This document shows, piece after piece, positions 46,262 through 54,907 of a stretch of DNA of 64,000 nucleotides. The notes beneath the pieces are model-generated. The model made no database searches, was not told the origin of the DNA, and worked only from the letters and a program-made list of their open reading frames with translations. A program made the translations under genes and the position numbers. The DNA lies in contig CAWDUU010000003.1 in assembly GCA_963805545.1 (NCBI GenBank), positions 386,545 through 450,544 of the forward strand. The letters run 5' to 3'. This DNA is from an uncultured Actinomycetes bacterium. GTDB lineage: Bacteria; Actinomycetota; Thermoleophilia; Gaiellales; JAICJC01. Numbering within the stretch: the stretch's first letter is position 1; each line of letters starts with the position of its first letter.

Positions 46262-47047
46262 TCATACCGGCGAGGCTGCAAGCGCCCCGGGGATGCCGGC
46301 GGCCGCATCCTCGGCGGCCTCACGGTGCGGGAAGAGGCCGAACGCGGTCGGTCCGGAGCCGGTCACCTGAGCCCGGAGCGCACCCGCCTCGCGCAGCGCT
46401 GCGAGCGTGTCCGCGACCTCGGGCCGCAGGCCGAGCGCGGCCGCCTCGAGGTCGTTGGCCATCAGCTCGGCGACGTGCTCGACGCGGCGCACGGTGTGCA
46501 TGCGCCGGATCAGCTCGCCCTCGAACGCCCGGAACGCCGGGTTGGGCGTCGCGGCGGCGTAGACGTCGCGAGTCGAGAGCCCTTCCGCGGCGGGCACGAT
46601 GACGAAGGCGTGCCCGCGCGGGAACTCCGGCAGGGCGTGCACCCGGTCGCCGCGGCCGGTGCAGAACCCGGTCTCGGCGCCGCTCAGGAAGAACGGGACG
46701 TCGGTGCCGATCGCCCGCGCCAGCTCGTGGAGCTCGTTCGGCGTGCGCTCGCCGCGGAGCGCGCGCAGGACCGCGGCGGCGTCGGACGAGCCGCCGCCCA
46801 GCCCGGCCGCGACCGGGATGCGCTTCTCAAGCCGGACGCGCCGGGTCTCGCCCAAGGCGTCCAGCGCCGCCGCCACCAGCGTGTCGTCCGGAAAGCCCTC
46901 GACGGCGGTCTCGTCCCCGGGCTCCAGGTCGAGCTCGTCGTAGAGGTCGATCGCCTGGACGAGGGTCGTCACCCGGTGGTAGCCGTCCGGCCGTAGCGGC
47001 CCCAGCCGCAGGGACAGGTTCACCTTGGCGGGGGCGCGCACCCTCAT
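46262..47047 (-). CDS. ispE: 4-diphosphocytidyl-2-C-methyl-D-erythritol kinase
   Basis: APAKVNLSL and the GHMP motif IPVAAGLGGGSSDAAA are present. Its ATG makes an ATGA overlap with the rsmA stop. Confidence 0.9.
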   Translation of the reverse strand: MRVRAPAKVNLSLRLGPLRPDGYHRVTTLVQAIDLYDELDLEPGDETAVEGFPDDTLVAAALDALGETRRVRLEKRIPVAAGLGGGSSDAAAVLRALRGERTPNELHELARAIGTDVPFFLSGAETGFCTGRGDRVHALPEFPRGHAFVIVPAAEGLSTRDVYAAATPNPAFRAFEGELIRRMHTVRRVEHVAELMANDLEAAALGLRPEVADTLAALREAGALRAQVTGSGPTAFGLFPHREAAEDAAAGIPGALAASPV

Positions 47048-47865
47048 CGCAGCTCCCGGGCCAGCTGCGCCAGCCGCTCGGGCGGGAGCTGCTCGGCCCG
47101 CAGGCCGGCCAGCTCGGCCGGGGGCGCCGGGAGGCCCGACAGGGCCAGGCTGTTGGCGAGCGTCTTTCGGCGGTGGGCAAACGCGGCGTGGACGACCCGC
47201 GACGTCCATTCCCACTCCTCGCCGAACGCGGCACCGGGCCGGCGGCGGAACGCGATCAGGGCGGAGTCGACGTTCGGCTCGGGCGCGAACACCCTGCGCG
47301 ACACGGGCCGGCGGCCGATCCGCTCGCAGGCCAGCTGGACCAGCACCGACACGGCGCCGTACGCCTTCGTCCCCGGCTGCGCGAAGAGCCGGTCGGCGAT
47401 CTCGCGCTGCACCATCACGCAGAACTCCCGGATCGCGGGCAGCGCGCGCACGATCACGGGCGTCGCGACGTTGTAGGGCAGGTTGGCGACGAGGACGCCG
47501 GGCGGCGGGTCGAGCGCGCCCAGGTCGAGCCGGGCCGCATCGGCCCAGACGACGTGGACATTCTCCGCGCCGGCGAGCGTCGCAGCGAGGGCGGGCTCAA
47601 GCCGGCGGTCGATCTCGACGGCGTGGACGAACGCCACCCTGCGGGCGAGCCAGGCCGTGAGCACGCCGAGGCCCGCGCCGACCTCGACCACGACGTCGTC
47701 GTCCGAGAGCGGGAGCAGCCGGCCGGCCACCTCGAGCACGTTGTCATCGAGGAGGAAGTGCTGGCCGAGGTCGCGGTCGGGGCGGATCCCGAACTCGCGC
47801 ATCCGCGCAAGCGTGACCTGCGACCCCGTGGGGCCGGTGGCCCGCCTGTCCCGAGCTTCGCTCAC
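47044..47865 (-). CDS. rsmA: 16S rRNA (adenine1518/1519-N6)-dimethyltransferase
   Basis: Motifs LGQHFLLD, EVGAGLGVLT and ANLPYNV are present. The GTG at 47865 makes a GTGA overlap with the tatD stop. The ATG at 47802 is the alternative start. Confidence 0.9.
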   Translation of the reverse strand: MSEARDRRATGPTGSQVTLARMREFGIRPDRDLGQHFLLDDNVLEVAGRLLPLSDDDVVVEVGAGLGVLTAWLARRVAFVHAVEIDRRLEPALAATLAGAENVHVVWADAARLDLGALDPPPGVLVANLPYNVATPVIVRALPAIREFCVMVQREIADRLFAQPGTKAYGAVSVLVQLACERIGRRPVSRRVFAPEPNVDSALIAFRRRPGAAFGEEWEWTSRVVHAAFAHRRKTLANSLALSGLPAPPAELAGLRAEQLPPERLAQLARELR

Positions 47866-48587
47866 AGCCCGAAGAGGCGCGTGGCGTTGGCGTCGATCTG
47901 CGCCTCCAGCGCCGCCGGGTCGACCCCGCGTTCGGAGGCGAGCACCTCGAGCGTGCGCATCACGTAGGCGGGCTGGTTGGGACGGCCGCGGTGCGGCGGC
48001 GGGGCCAGGTAGGGAGCGTCGGTCTCGGCCAGGATGCGATCTCTGGGCATTCGCCGGGCGGCCTCGCGCAGGTCGCCGGCCTTCGGATACGCCACGTTCC
48101 CGGCGAACGACGCGAAGTAGCCGCGCTCGAGCGCGTCGTCCAGCCGCGCGACGGATCCGAAGCAGTGCAGGAGGACGGGCACCCGCGCCGTCTCGAGCAT
48201 CGCGAAGGTCTCGTCGTCGGCGGCGCGGGTGTGGATCACGAGGGGGAGTCCGGCGTCGTTGGCCACCTCGATCTGGGCCGCGAAGGCGCGCCGCTGGTCG
48301 TCGCGGGGCGCGTGGTCGCGGTAGAAGTCGAGCCCGCACTCGCCGACCGCGACGACGCGCGGATGTCCCAGGAGCTCGCGGACGGCCGCCGCCGGGTCGG
48401 CGACCTCGGCCGCCTCGTGCGGGTGGACGCCGACGATCGCCCACACGCCCGGGATCCGCTCCGCGAGCGCGACCGCCTGCTCGCGGCCGACGGTGAGGAC
48501 CCGGGTCACGCCGGCCGCGGCCGCCGCCCCGACGACATCCTCGGGCTCCCCGTCGCACATCTCGAGATGCGCGTGGGTGTCGATCAC
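47862..48587 (-). CDS. tatD: TatD family metal-dependent hydrolase
   Basis: Motifs VIDTHAHL, GVHPHEA, GECGLDFYR, IHTR and ETDAPYL are present. The GTG at 48587 makes a GTGA overlap with the metG stop. Confidence 0.88.
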   Translation of the reverse strand: MIDTHAHLEMCDGEPEDVVGAAAAAGVTRVLTVGREQAVALAERIPGVWAIVGVHPHEAAEVADPAAAVRELLGHPRVVAVGECGLDFYRDHAPRDDQRRAFAAQIEVANDAGLPLVIHTRAADDETFAMLETARVPVLLHCFGSVARLDDALERGYFASFAGNVAYPKAGDLREAARRMPRDRILAETDAPYLAPPPHRGRPNQPAYVMRTLEVLASERGVDPAALEAQIDANATRLFGL

Positions 48588-50086
48588 GCGCCGGCGGCGG
48601 CCAGACGCGGGAAGAGCGGCGGCGGCTGCTCGACCGCGGTGCCCGCCGCGGTCAGTCCCAGCCCGGCCCGGTCCCAGCCCGTCGCCCCCGGCTCGCCCAC
48701 GGCGGCCAGGATCCGCTCGGCCGACTCGGGGATGTAGGCGTGGAGCATGACGCCCAGCGCGCGCACGGCGTCGGCGAGCGTGTAGAGCGCGGTGTCGAGC
48801 CTGCGCGCATCCTCCGGGTCGTCGCTTCGATGAAGGGCCCACGGCGCCGTGTCCTCGACGTAGCGGTTGGCGGCGCGCACGAGCGTCCAGATCTCCTCCA
48901 GCGCGCCGGTCAGGTCGAGCGCCGCGAACCGCTCGCCGACCCGCTCGTGCACGGGATCGAGCGCCGTCTCGCCCTCGGGTACCCGGCCCTCGCGGTAGCG
49001 GGCGATCATCGCCGTCGTCCGCGAGACGAGGTTCCCGAGGTCGTTGGCGAGCTCGCCCTCGTAGCGGCGGTCGAGCGCCTCACGGGTCACGCTCCCGTCC
49101 TGCCCCCACTGCACCTCGCGCAGCACGTAGAAGCGCAGCGGGTCGGCGCCGAGGTCGGCGATCACCCGGAGCGGGTCGATCACGTTCCCGAGCGACTTCG
49201 ACATCTTCTGGTCGCCGCTGGTCAGGTAGCCGTGGACGAAGAGCTTCTTCGGCGGCTCATAGCCGGCGGCGAGCAGGAGCGCCGGCCACAGCACGCAGTG
49301 CAGCCGCAGGATGTCCTTGCCCAGGAGGTGGATCGAGGGCCAGAACGTGGCGGAGACGTCGGCGCCCGTGCCGTACTCGAGGGCCGTGTGGTAGTTCAGG
49401 AGCGCGTCGACCCACACGTAGATCGTCTGGTCCGGCTTCCACGGCAGCGGCACCCCCCAGCTCACCGACGCCCGGCTGACCGAGAGGTCGTTCAGGCCGG
49501 CCTCGATCTGCGAGCGGGCCTCGTTGTAGCGGGTGCGCGGTACGACGTACTCGGGGTCGCGGTCGTAGAGCTCGAGCAGCTTCCCGGTGAACGCCGACAG
49601 GCGGAAGAAGGTGTTCTCCTCCTCGAGCCAGTCGACCGGCCGCTTGTGCAGCGGGCACACGTTCCCCGGCTGCTCGAGGTCGCTCTCGGCGTAGAACTGC
49701 TCGCAGCCGGTGCAGTAGAGGCCGGCGTACGTGTCCTCGTAGAGGTGGCCGGCGTCGCGCAGCCGCACGAGGAACTCCTGCACCCGGGCCTCGTGCTCGG
49801 GGTCGGTCGTGCGGATGAAGTAGTCGTTGGTCGCGTTCAGCTGTGCGACCAGGTCGCGGAACCGGGCCGACACCCGGTCGCAGAACTCCTTCGGCGTGAG
49901 GCCCGCCTCCTCGGCCGCCCGCTGCACCTTGGCGCCGTGCTCATCGGTGCCCGTGAGGAAGAAGACCTGCTCGCCCCGCTGGCGGTGATGCCGGGCCAGC
50001 ACGTCGGCGGCCACGGTGGTGTACGCATGGCCCAGGTGCGGGTCCGAATTGACGTAGTAGATGGGCGTAGTGACAGAGAACGGCAT
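48584..50086 (-). CDS. metG: Methionine--tRNA ligase (short form)
   Basis: The HIGH motif (PHLGHAYT), the KMSKS motif (KMSKSLGN) and CTGCEQF...CPLH are present. Confidence 0.95.
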   Translation of the reverse strand: MPFSVTTPIYYVNSDPHLGHAYTTVAADVLARHHRQRGEQVFFLTGTDEHGAKVQRAAEEAGLTPKEFCDRVSARFRDLVAQLNATNDYFIRTTDPEHEARVQEFLVRLRDAGHLYEDTYAGLYCTGCEQFYAESDLEQPGNVCPLHKRPVDWLEEENTFFRLSAFTGKLLELYDRDPEYVVPRTRYNEARSQIEAGLNDLSVSRASVSWGVPLPWKPDQTIYVWVDALLNYHTALEYGTGADVSATFWPSIHLLGKDILRLHCVLWPALLLAAGYEPPKKLFVHGYLTSGDQKMSKSLGNVIDPLRVIADLGADPLRFYVLREVQWGQDGSVTREALDRRYEGELANDLGNLVSRTTAMIARYREGRVPEGETALDPVHERVGERFAALDLTGALEEIWTLVRAANRYVEDTAPWALHRSDDPEDARRLDTALYTLADAVRALGVMLHAYIPESAERILAAVGEPGATGWDRAGLGLTAAGTAVEQPPPLFPRLAAAGA

Positions 50087-50159
50087 GTTTTTTGTAAGGA
50101 GATGTCAGGTCGGGCAGTTTCGGGGTTATCCTGGGATCCGGGCTCCATCCTAGAAGAAG

Positions 50160-50474
50160 ATGGCGAGGGTCAGAATGAATGCAGTGAAACAGCCGACGCG
50201 GATTCGCGCCGGGCAGACCGGAGGGGTCGTCCGCCGGGTCGACGACCTCGGCAGGATCGTCATCCCGGTCGAGATCCGGCGGAGGTTCGGGATCGAGATC
50301 CGCGACCCGCTGGAGATCAGCGTGCGCGGGGACACGATCGTCCTCTCGAAGCCGCACGACGCGTGCGTGTTCTGCGGCGGCAGGCGCGCGCTCCAGCCCT
50401 TCCACGATCGGATGGTCTGCGCGTCGTGCCGGACCGAGATGACCGACGACGTGGTCAGCGCCTCGCGCGCGTGA
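50160..50474 (+). CDS. AbrB/SpoVT-family DNA-binding protein with a C-terminal four-Cys ribbon
   Basis: The swapped-hairpin motif is VRRVDDLGRIVIPVEIRRRFGIEIRDPLEI....DTIVLSK. CVFCGG...CASC follows it. It is divergent from metG. An ATG at 50175 is an alternative start. Confidence 0.75.
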   Translation: MARVRMNAVKQPTRIRAGQTGGVVRRVDDLGRIVIPVEIRRRFGIEIRDPLEISVRGDTIVLSKPHDACVFCGGRRALQPFHDRMVCASCRTEMTDDVVSASRA

Positions 50475-51273
50475 TCGCGGCATAGAGGCGGTTCCGAGGT
50501 AGACCGGTGAGCCGCGCCGCCAGGGAGGCGGCGCGGCGGCTGCCGAGGGCCTCGGCGAGCTCCGCGAGCGCCTCGCCGGCGGGATCGAGCCGCCCGCCGC
50601 CGGGCGCCGCCGGAGCCAGGACGAGCGTCACCTCGCCCTTCGGCGCGGAGGCGTAGTGCCCGGCCAGCTCGGCGACCGTGCCGCGGCGCACCTCCTCGTG
50701 CAGCTTGGTCAGCTCGCGGCAAACCGCCGCCTCGCGTCCCGGGTCGCGCCCGGCCAGCGCGCGCAGGGTCGCGGGAAGCCGGCGGGGCGACTCGAACGCC
50801 ACCACCGCGAGCCCGGCGGCGTCGAGGCGGTCGAGGAGCGCGCCGATGCCCGCGGCTGTCCGCGGGAGGAACCCGCAGAAGGCGAAGCCGGCGGCCGCCA
50901 GGCCCGACGCCGTCGCCGCTGTCGTCACGGCCGACGCCCCCGGGAGCACCTCGACCGGGAGGCCGGCCGCGGCGGCGGCCGCCACGAGCCGCGCGCCGGG
51001 ATCGGACACGGTCGGCGTGCCGGCGTCCGAGACGAGCGCGACCCGCTCGCCGGCCCGGACCCGCTCGAGCAGGACCGGGATCCGGGCGGCCTCGTTGTGC
51101 TCGGTGAGCGACACGCGCGGCGCGGCGATGCCGTGGCGTTCGAGCAGCCTCAGCGTGCGGCGGGTGTCCTCGCAGGCGATCACGGCGGCCGAGCGCAGCT
51201 CGTCGAGCGCGCGCAGCGTGACGTCGCCGAGGTTGCCGATCGGGGTCGGGCAGACGACGAGCGCGCCGCTCAC
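50455..51273 (-). CDS. rsmI: 16S rRNA (cytidine1402-2'-O)-methyltransferase
   Basis: Motifs PIGNLGDVTLRAL, CEDTRRT and VSDAGTP.VSDPG are present. Confidence 0.9.
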   Translation of the reverse strand: MSGALVVCPTPIGNLGDVTLRALDELRSAAVIACEDTRRTLRLLERHGIAAPRVSLTEHNEAARIPVLLERVRAGERVALVSDAGTPTVSDPGARLVAAAAAAGLPVEVLPGASAVTTAATASGLAAAGFAFCGFLPRTAAGIGALLDRLDAAGLAVVAFESPRRLPATLRALAGRDPGREAAVCRELTKLHEEVRRGTVAELAGHYASAPKGEVTLVLAPAAPGGGRLDPAGEALAELAEALGSRRAASLAARLTGLPRNRLYAAITRARR

Positions 51274-52217
51274 AGGACGAGCGCGGCGGCGCCCAGCACG
51301 CCGGCGTCGTTCCCGAGCTCGGCGGCCACGACCTCGACCTCGCGCCAGGGCGGCCGAAGCGCCCGCCGGCCGGCCTCCTCCCGGGCGACGCCGAGGAGGA
51401 GCTCACCGGCGGACATGATCCCCCCGCCCACGACGACCACGTCCGGGTTGAAGATGTTCACGTAGTTCGCGATCCCGACGCCCAGGTGGCGCCCCACGAT
51501 TGCGAGCGCGTCCACGCAGTCGGCGTCGCCGGCGAGCGCGCCGTCGATGACCGCGTGCACCTCGGCTGCACCGCCCTTCCGGACCGCCTCGGCGAGCGTG
51601 CCGCCGGGACGCTCGGCCGCGATCTGCTCCGCCGCCAGGCGCACGCCCGCGGCCGATGCCAGGCTCTCGAGGCAGCCGTGGTTGGGGCAGTGGCCCTGGC
51701 AGGGCGGCCCGTTCTCGTCGATCACCATGTGCCCGAGCTCTCCGCCGTAGCCGGTGGCGCCGTGGTACACGCGTCCGTCGAGCACGATGCCGCCGCCCAC
51801 GCCGGTCCCGAGCGTGATCATGATCACGTTGTCGCGGCCCTTGCCGGCGCCGATCCGGGCCTCCGCCAGGGCCGCCACGTTGGCGTCGTTGTCGAGCTTC
51901 ACCCCGAGGCCCAGACGGCGGCGCATCTCGGATTCGAAGGGGACGTCGGTGATCGGCACGTTGATCGAGTCGGCCACGATCCCGCGGCGCTGGTCGATCT
52001 GCGACGGGAGGCCGAAACCGACGGCCGCCACGTCGTGGCCGGCGGCGATCCGGCGCACCAGCTGCTCGATCGTGCCGAGGAGCCGGTCCCCGTCCGAGAC
52101 GTCGGTCGGCGCGGAGTCGCGGGCGAGCAGCTCGAGCTCGCCGGACACGAGCGCCGCCTTCACGGACGTCCCGCCCAGGTCGACGCCCACGACGGGCCCC
52201 AAGGAGGAATTCATCAT
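51270..52217 (-). CDS. glk: ROK family glucokinase
   Basis: Motifs VGVDLGGTSVK, DNDANVAALAE, LGTGVGGG, GELGH and the Zn motif CQGHCPNHGCLE are present. The start is at MMNSS, and nearby Met codons are alternatives. Confidence 0.88.
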   Translation of the reverse strand: MMNSSLGPVVGVDLGGTSVKAALVSGELELLARDSAPTDVSDGDRLLGTIEQLVRRIAAGHDVAAVGFGLPSQIDQRRGIVADSINVPITDVPFESEMRRRLGLGVKLDNDANVAALAEARIGAGKGRDNVIMITLGTGVGGGIVLDGRVYHGATGYGGELGHMVIDENGPPCQGHCPNHGCLESLASAAGVRLAAEQIAAERPGGTLAEAVRKGGAAEVHAVIDGALAGDADCVDALAIVGRHLGVGIANYVNIFNPDVVVVGGGIMSAGELLLGVAREEAGRRALRPPWREVEVVAAELGNDAGVLGAAALVL

Positions 52218-52240
52218 CGTGGGTACCATAAAACGGCGAG

Positions 52241-53464
52241 ATGGCGCCCGAGCCGAAGCCCCGAAAGCCGTACAGGACGTATCGCGGGGGCCGGGCCGGA
52301 GGGAGCGACGACGCGGACGCCGCGCGGTTCGACTTCTCCGGACGGTCCGCGTCCGCGTCGGCGCCGCCGCGCGCACCGACGCCCGAGGGCATGCCCGCCC
52401 CCGACATGCGCCCCCGCCCCGAACCGCTGCCCGGGCGCCGGGTCGCGGAGCCGCCTCCGCCGGGCGGTTCCGGCACGGGGCCGGGGTTCTGGAGGCGGCG
52501 CTGGCGGCGCGTCCTCGCGATCGGGATCCCGGTCGTCCTCCTGCTCTTCGTGTTCTGGCTCTACCTGGGCTACCGGTCGTTCTCCGACGAGGTGGCGCGG
52601 GCCAACAAGCGCATCGACAAGCGGACGAAGGCGGCGCTCGCTCCGGCGGGCAACATCCTGCGCAGCCCCCAGATCAGCCTCGTCATGGGGTCCGACAGCC
52701 GCGGCAAGAGCGCGACCTCCGGGGCCCGGGCCGACTCGATCCTGCTCGTCCGCACCGACCCGGGCCATCACCTCATCTCGATGCTCTCGATCCCGCGTGA
52801 CCTCTACGTGCCGATCCCGGGCCACGGCACCAACAAGATCAACGCTGCCTTCGCGTTCGGCGGGCCGCCACTGCTCATCCGCACGGTGAACCGGCTCACC
52901 GACCTCAAGGTGAACCACGTCGTCCTGGTCGACTTCACGGGCTTCCGCGACCTGATCGACCAGCTCGGCGGGATCACGATCGTGAACCCGACCAAGCTCG
53001 TGTCGTCGCAGAACTTCGACGGCAACAGCTGGCAGTTCGGCAAGGGGTCGATCCACCTGGACGGCCGCCGCGCCCTCGCCTACGCCCGCATCCGCCACAC
53101 GACGAACGCCGCCGATTCCGACATCTCCCGCACCGAGCGCCAGCAGCGGGTGCTCCAGGCGCTCATGCACGAGGTCGTCAAGCCGTCGAGCCTGCTGCAC
53201 CTGCCGTCCATCGGCGAGGCGGTCGCCAAGCCGCTCGCGACCGACCTCTCTGCGAACGAGCTGATCGGGATGGGCTGGATCAAGTTCCGGGCCGGGCGGA
53301 CGCTCCAGTGCCACCTGGGCGGGACGCCGCTCGTCCTCGGCGGCCAGGACGTGCTCCAATCGAGCGAGCAGAACGCGGCGATCGTCCAGATGTTCCTCGG
53401 CGACTCCGCGCCTCAGCCCGCGCCCAAGGGCCAGCTCTACGCGCCCGGCTGCACCGTCCAGTAA
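52241..53464 (+). CDS. LytR-CpsA-Psr (LCP) family cell-wall glycopolymer transferase
   Basis: It has an Arg/Pro-rich cytoplasmic tail and one TM helix. The LCP core shows GSDSR....ARADSILLVR, SIPRDLYV, KINAAFAFGG and VDF.GF..LID.LGG. Confidence 0.88.
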   Translation: MAPEPKPRKPYRTYRGGRAGGSDDADAARFDFSGRSASASAPPRAPTPEGMPAPDMRPRPEPLPGRRVAEPPPPGGSGTGPGFWRRRWRRVLAIGIPVVLLLFVFWLYLGYRSFSDEVARANKRIDKRTKAALAPAGNILRSPQISLVMGSDSRGKSATSGARADSILLVRTDPGHHLISMLSIPRDLYVPIPGHGTNKINAAFAFGGPPLLIRTVNRLTDLKVNHVVLVDFTGFRDLIDQLGGITIVNPTKLVSSQNFDGNSWQFGKGSIHLDGRRALAYARIRHTTNAADSDISRTERQQRVLQALMHEVVKPSSLLHLPSIGEAVAKPLATDLSANELIGMGWIKFRAGRTLQCHLGGTPLVLGGQDVLQSSEQNAAIVQMFLGDSAPQPAPKGQLYAPGCTVQ

Positions 53465-53465
53465 C

Positions 53466-53490
53466 GCGGGGGAACCCAGGGTTCCCCCGC
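53466..53490 (+). terminator. Perfect 10 bp hairpin immediately after the LCP stop
   Basis: The hairpin is GCGGGGGAAC-ccagg-GTTCCCCCGC. No U tract follows. A second 10 bp hairpin, ACGGCGAAGA-acgcgg-TCTTCGCCGT, lies at 53531-53556. Confidence 0.45.
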
Positions 53491-53770
53491 GAGCCCCCTC
53501 CTTCAGGGCCGGCGGTTGGCCTGGGGCGGGACGGCGAAGAACGCGGTCTTCGCCGTCGCCACGAGCGGTTGGGTGCGTGAGCCTGCCGGGTCGCGCTCTA
53601 GACTTCGAATCGTGATCCCCACGAGCGCCAGACGATTTCTCCCGCCCCGGCCGCAGGCTGGGGTGGCGGCGCTCGCCCGGCGCTCGTAGCCGGACGCATC
53701 GCGTTCCTCTCAGCCGCACGGCGGCCGGGGCGTTCCCGCTCCCTGTCTCCGCCGTCCCTGGAGGACTCCG

Positions 53771-54907
53771 ATGCGTTCCGTCATCACCCAAGAGCAGCTC
53801 GACCGCGCGCGCTCGCTGCGCGACCTGACCGACCCGGCCGCGGGTCCCCACGCCATGCAGCTCGTCGCCGGGGCGATCTGCCAGGCCCTCGAGCGAGCGT
53901 GGGGCTGCCCCGTGCTCGTGCACCGGTCGAGCCCCGTCGTCACGATTCGAGAGAACTACGAGGCGCTCGGGTATCCGCCCGGCGCGCCCGCCCGCGAGGC
54001 CCGCTACACCCGCTATCTGGACGGCGAGCGGCTGCTGCGATCGCACATGACCTCGGCGGTGCCGGCGGCGCTCCGCGCGCTCGCCGGCGGCGACGGGCCG
54101 GACGACCTCGTCGCCGCATGCCCGGGCCTGGTCTACCGGCGCGACGTCGTCGACCGCCTCCATGTCGGCGAGCCGCACCAGCTCGACCTGTGGCGGGTGC
54201 GCCGCGGCGGGCGGCTGACGCCGGCCGACCTGGACGAGATGATCGACCTCGTCGTCGCGGCGGTCGTGCCGGGCGCCCGCCACCGCATCCTTCCCGCCTC
54301 TCATCCCTATACGACCGGCGGCCGCGAGGTCGAGGTCGAGGTGGACGGCGAGTGGGTGGAGCTGCTCGAGTGCGGGATGGCCGCCGACCACGTCCTTCGT
54401 GCCGGCGGGCTCGATCCGGCCGAAAGGTCGGGGCTCGCGCTCGGCCTCGGCCTCGACCGCGCGCTCATGCTGCGCAAGGGCATCCCCGACATCCGGCTCC
54501 TGCGCTCGACCGATCCGCGGGTGGCCCGCCAGATGCTCGACCTCGAGCCCTACCGGCGGGTGAGCGCGATGCCGCCGACGCGGCGCGACCTCTCGATCGC
54601 CGTCGCCGCCGGCCTGACGCCCGAGGAGCTCGGGGACCGCATCCGCGAGCGGGTCGAGCCCGCGGCGCTGGAGGCCGTCGAGGAGCTGAGGGTGCTCGCC
54701 GAGACGCCTGCGGCGGAGCTGCCGCCGCAGGCCGTCGCACGAATCGGGCTTCGCTCCGGGCAGAAGAACGTGCTCGTCCGGCTCGTCCTGCGCCATCCGA
54801 CACGGACGCTCACCGCCGAGGAGGCCAACCGCACGCGCGACGACGTCTACGCGGCCATCCACGAGGGCTCGGTCTACGAGTGGGCCGGCCGGAAGGCGGC
54901 GCCGTGA
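53771..54907 (+). CDS. PheS-like class IIc aminoacyl-tRNA-synthetase core fused to an FDX-ACB-like domain
   Basis: LLRSHMTSAVP matches the PheS LLRTHTS. Motif 2 is GLVYRRDVVDRLHVGEPHQLDLW, and motif 3 is GLALGLGLDRALMLRKGIPDIRLLRS. The C-terminal RRDLSIAV...VLVRLVLRHPTRTLTAEEAN is like the PheT B8/FDX-ACB domain. A GGAGGA Shine-Dalgarno lies 6 nt upstream of the ATG. Confidence 0.8.
   Translation: MRSVITQEQLDRARSLRDLTDPAAGPHAMQLVAGAICQALERAWGCPVLVHRSSPVVTIRENYEALGYPPGAPAREARYTRYLDGERLLRSHMTSAVPAALRALAGGDGPDDLVAACPGLVYRRDVVDRLHVGEPHQLDLWRVRRGGRLTPADLDEMIDLVVAAVVPGARHRILPASHPYTTGGREVEVEVDGEWVELLECGMAADHVLRAGGLDPAERSGLALGLGLDRALMLRKGIPDIRLLRSTDPRVARQMLDLEPYRRVSAMPPTRRDLSIAVAAGLTPEELGDRIRERVEPAALEAVEELRVLAETPAAELPPQAVARIGLRSGQKNVLVRLVLRHPTRTLTAEEANRTRDDVYAAIHEGSVYEWAGRKAAP

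Noticed and set aside
50087-50159. AAGGAGATG immediately next to the metG start, suggesting a plus-strand ORF from 50112.
   Set aside because: The ATG directly abuts the SD-like AAGGAG, so there is no spacer. The resulting frame is the Arg/Asp-rich 48740..50485 artefact. The AbrB-like frame starting at 50160/50175 is the one with a recognisable domain.
53650-53690. Possible T-box element (GGGGTGGCGGCGC) in the PheS-like leader.
   Set aside because: Only the GGGUGG core matches the canonical AGGGUGGUACCGCG. I could not identify a specifier loop or Stem I features by eye. It is kept only as something to test with a covariance model.
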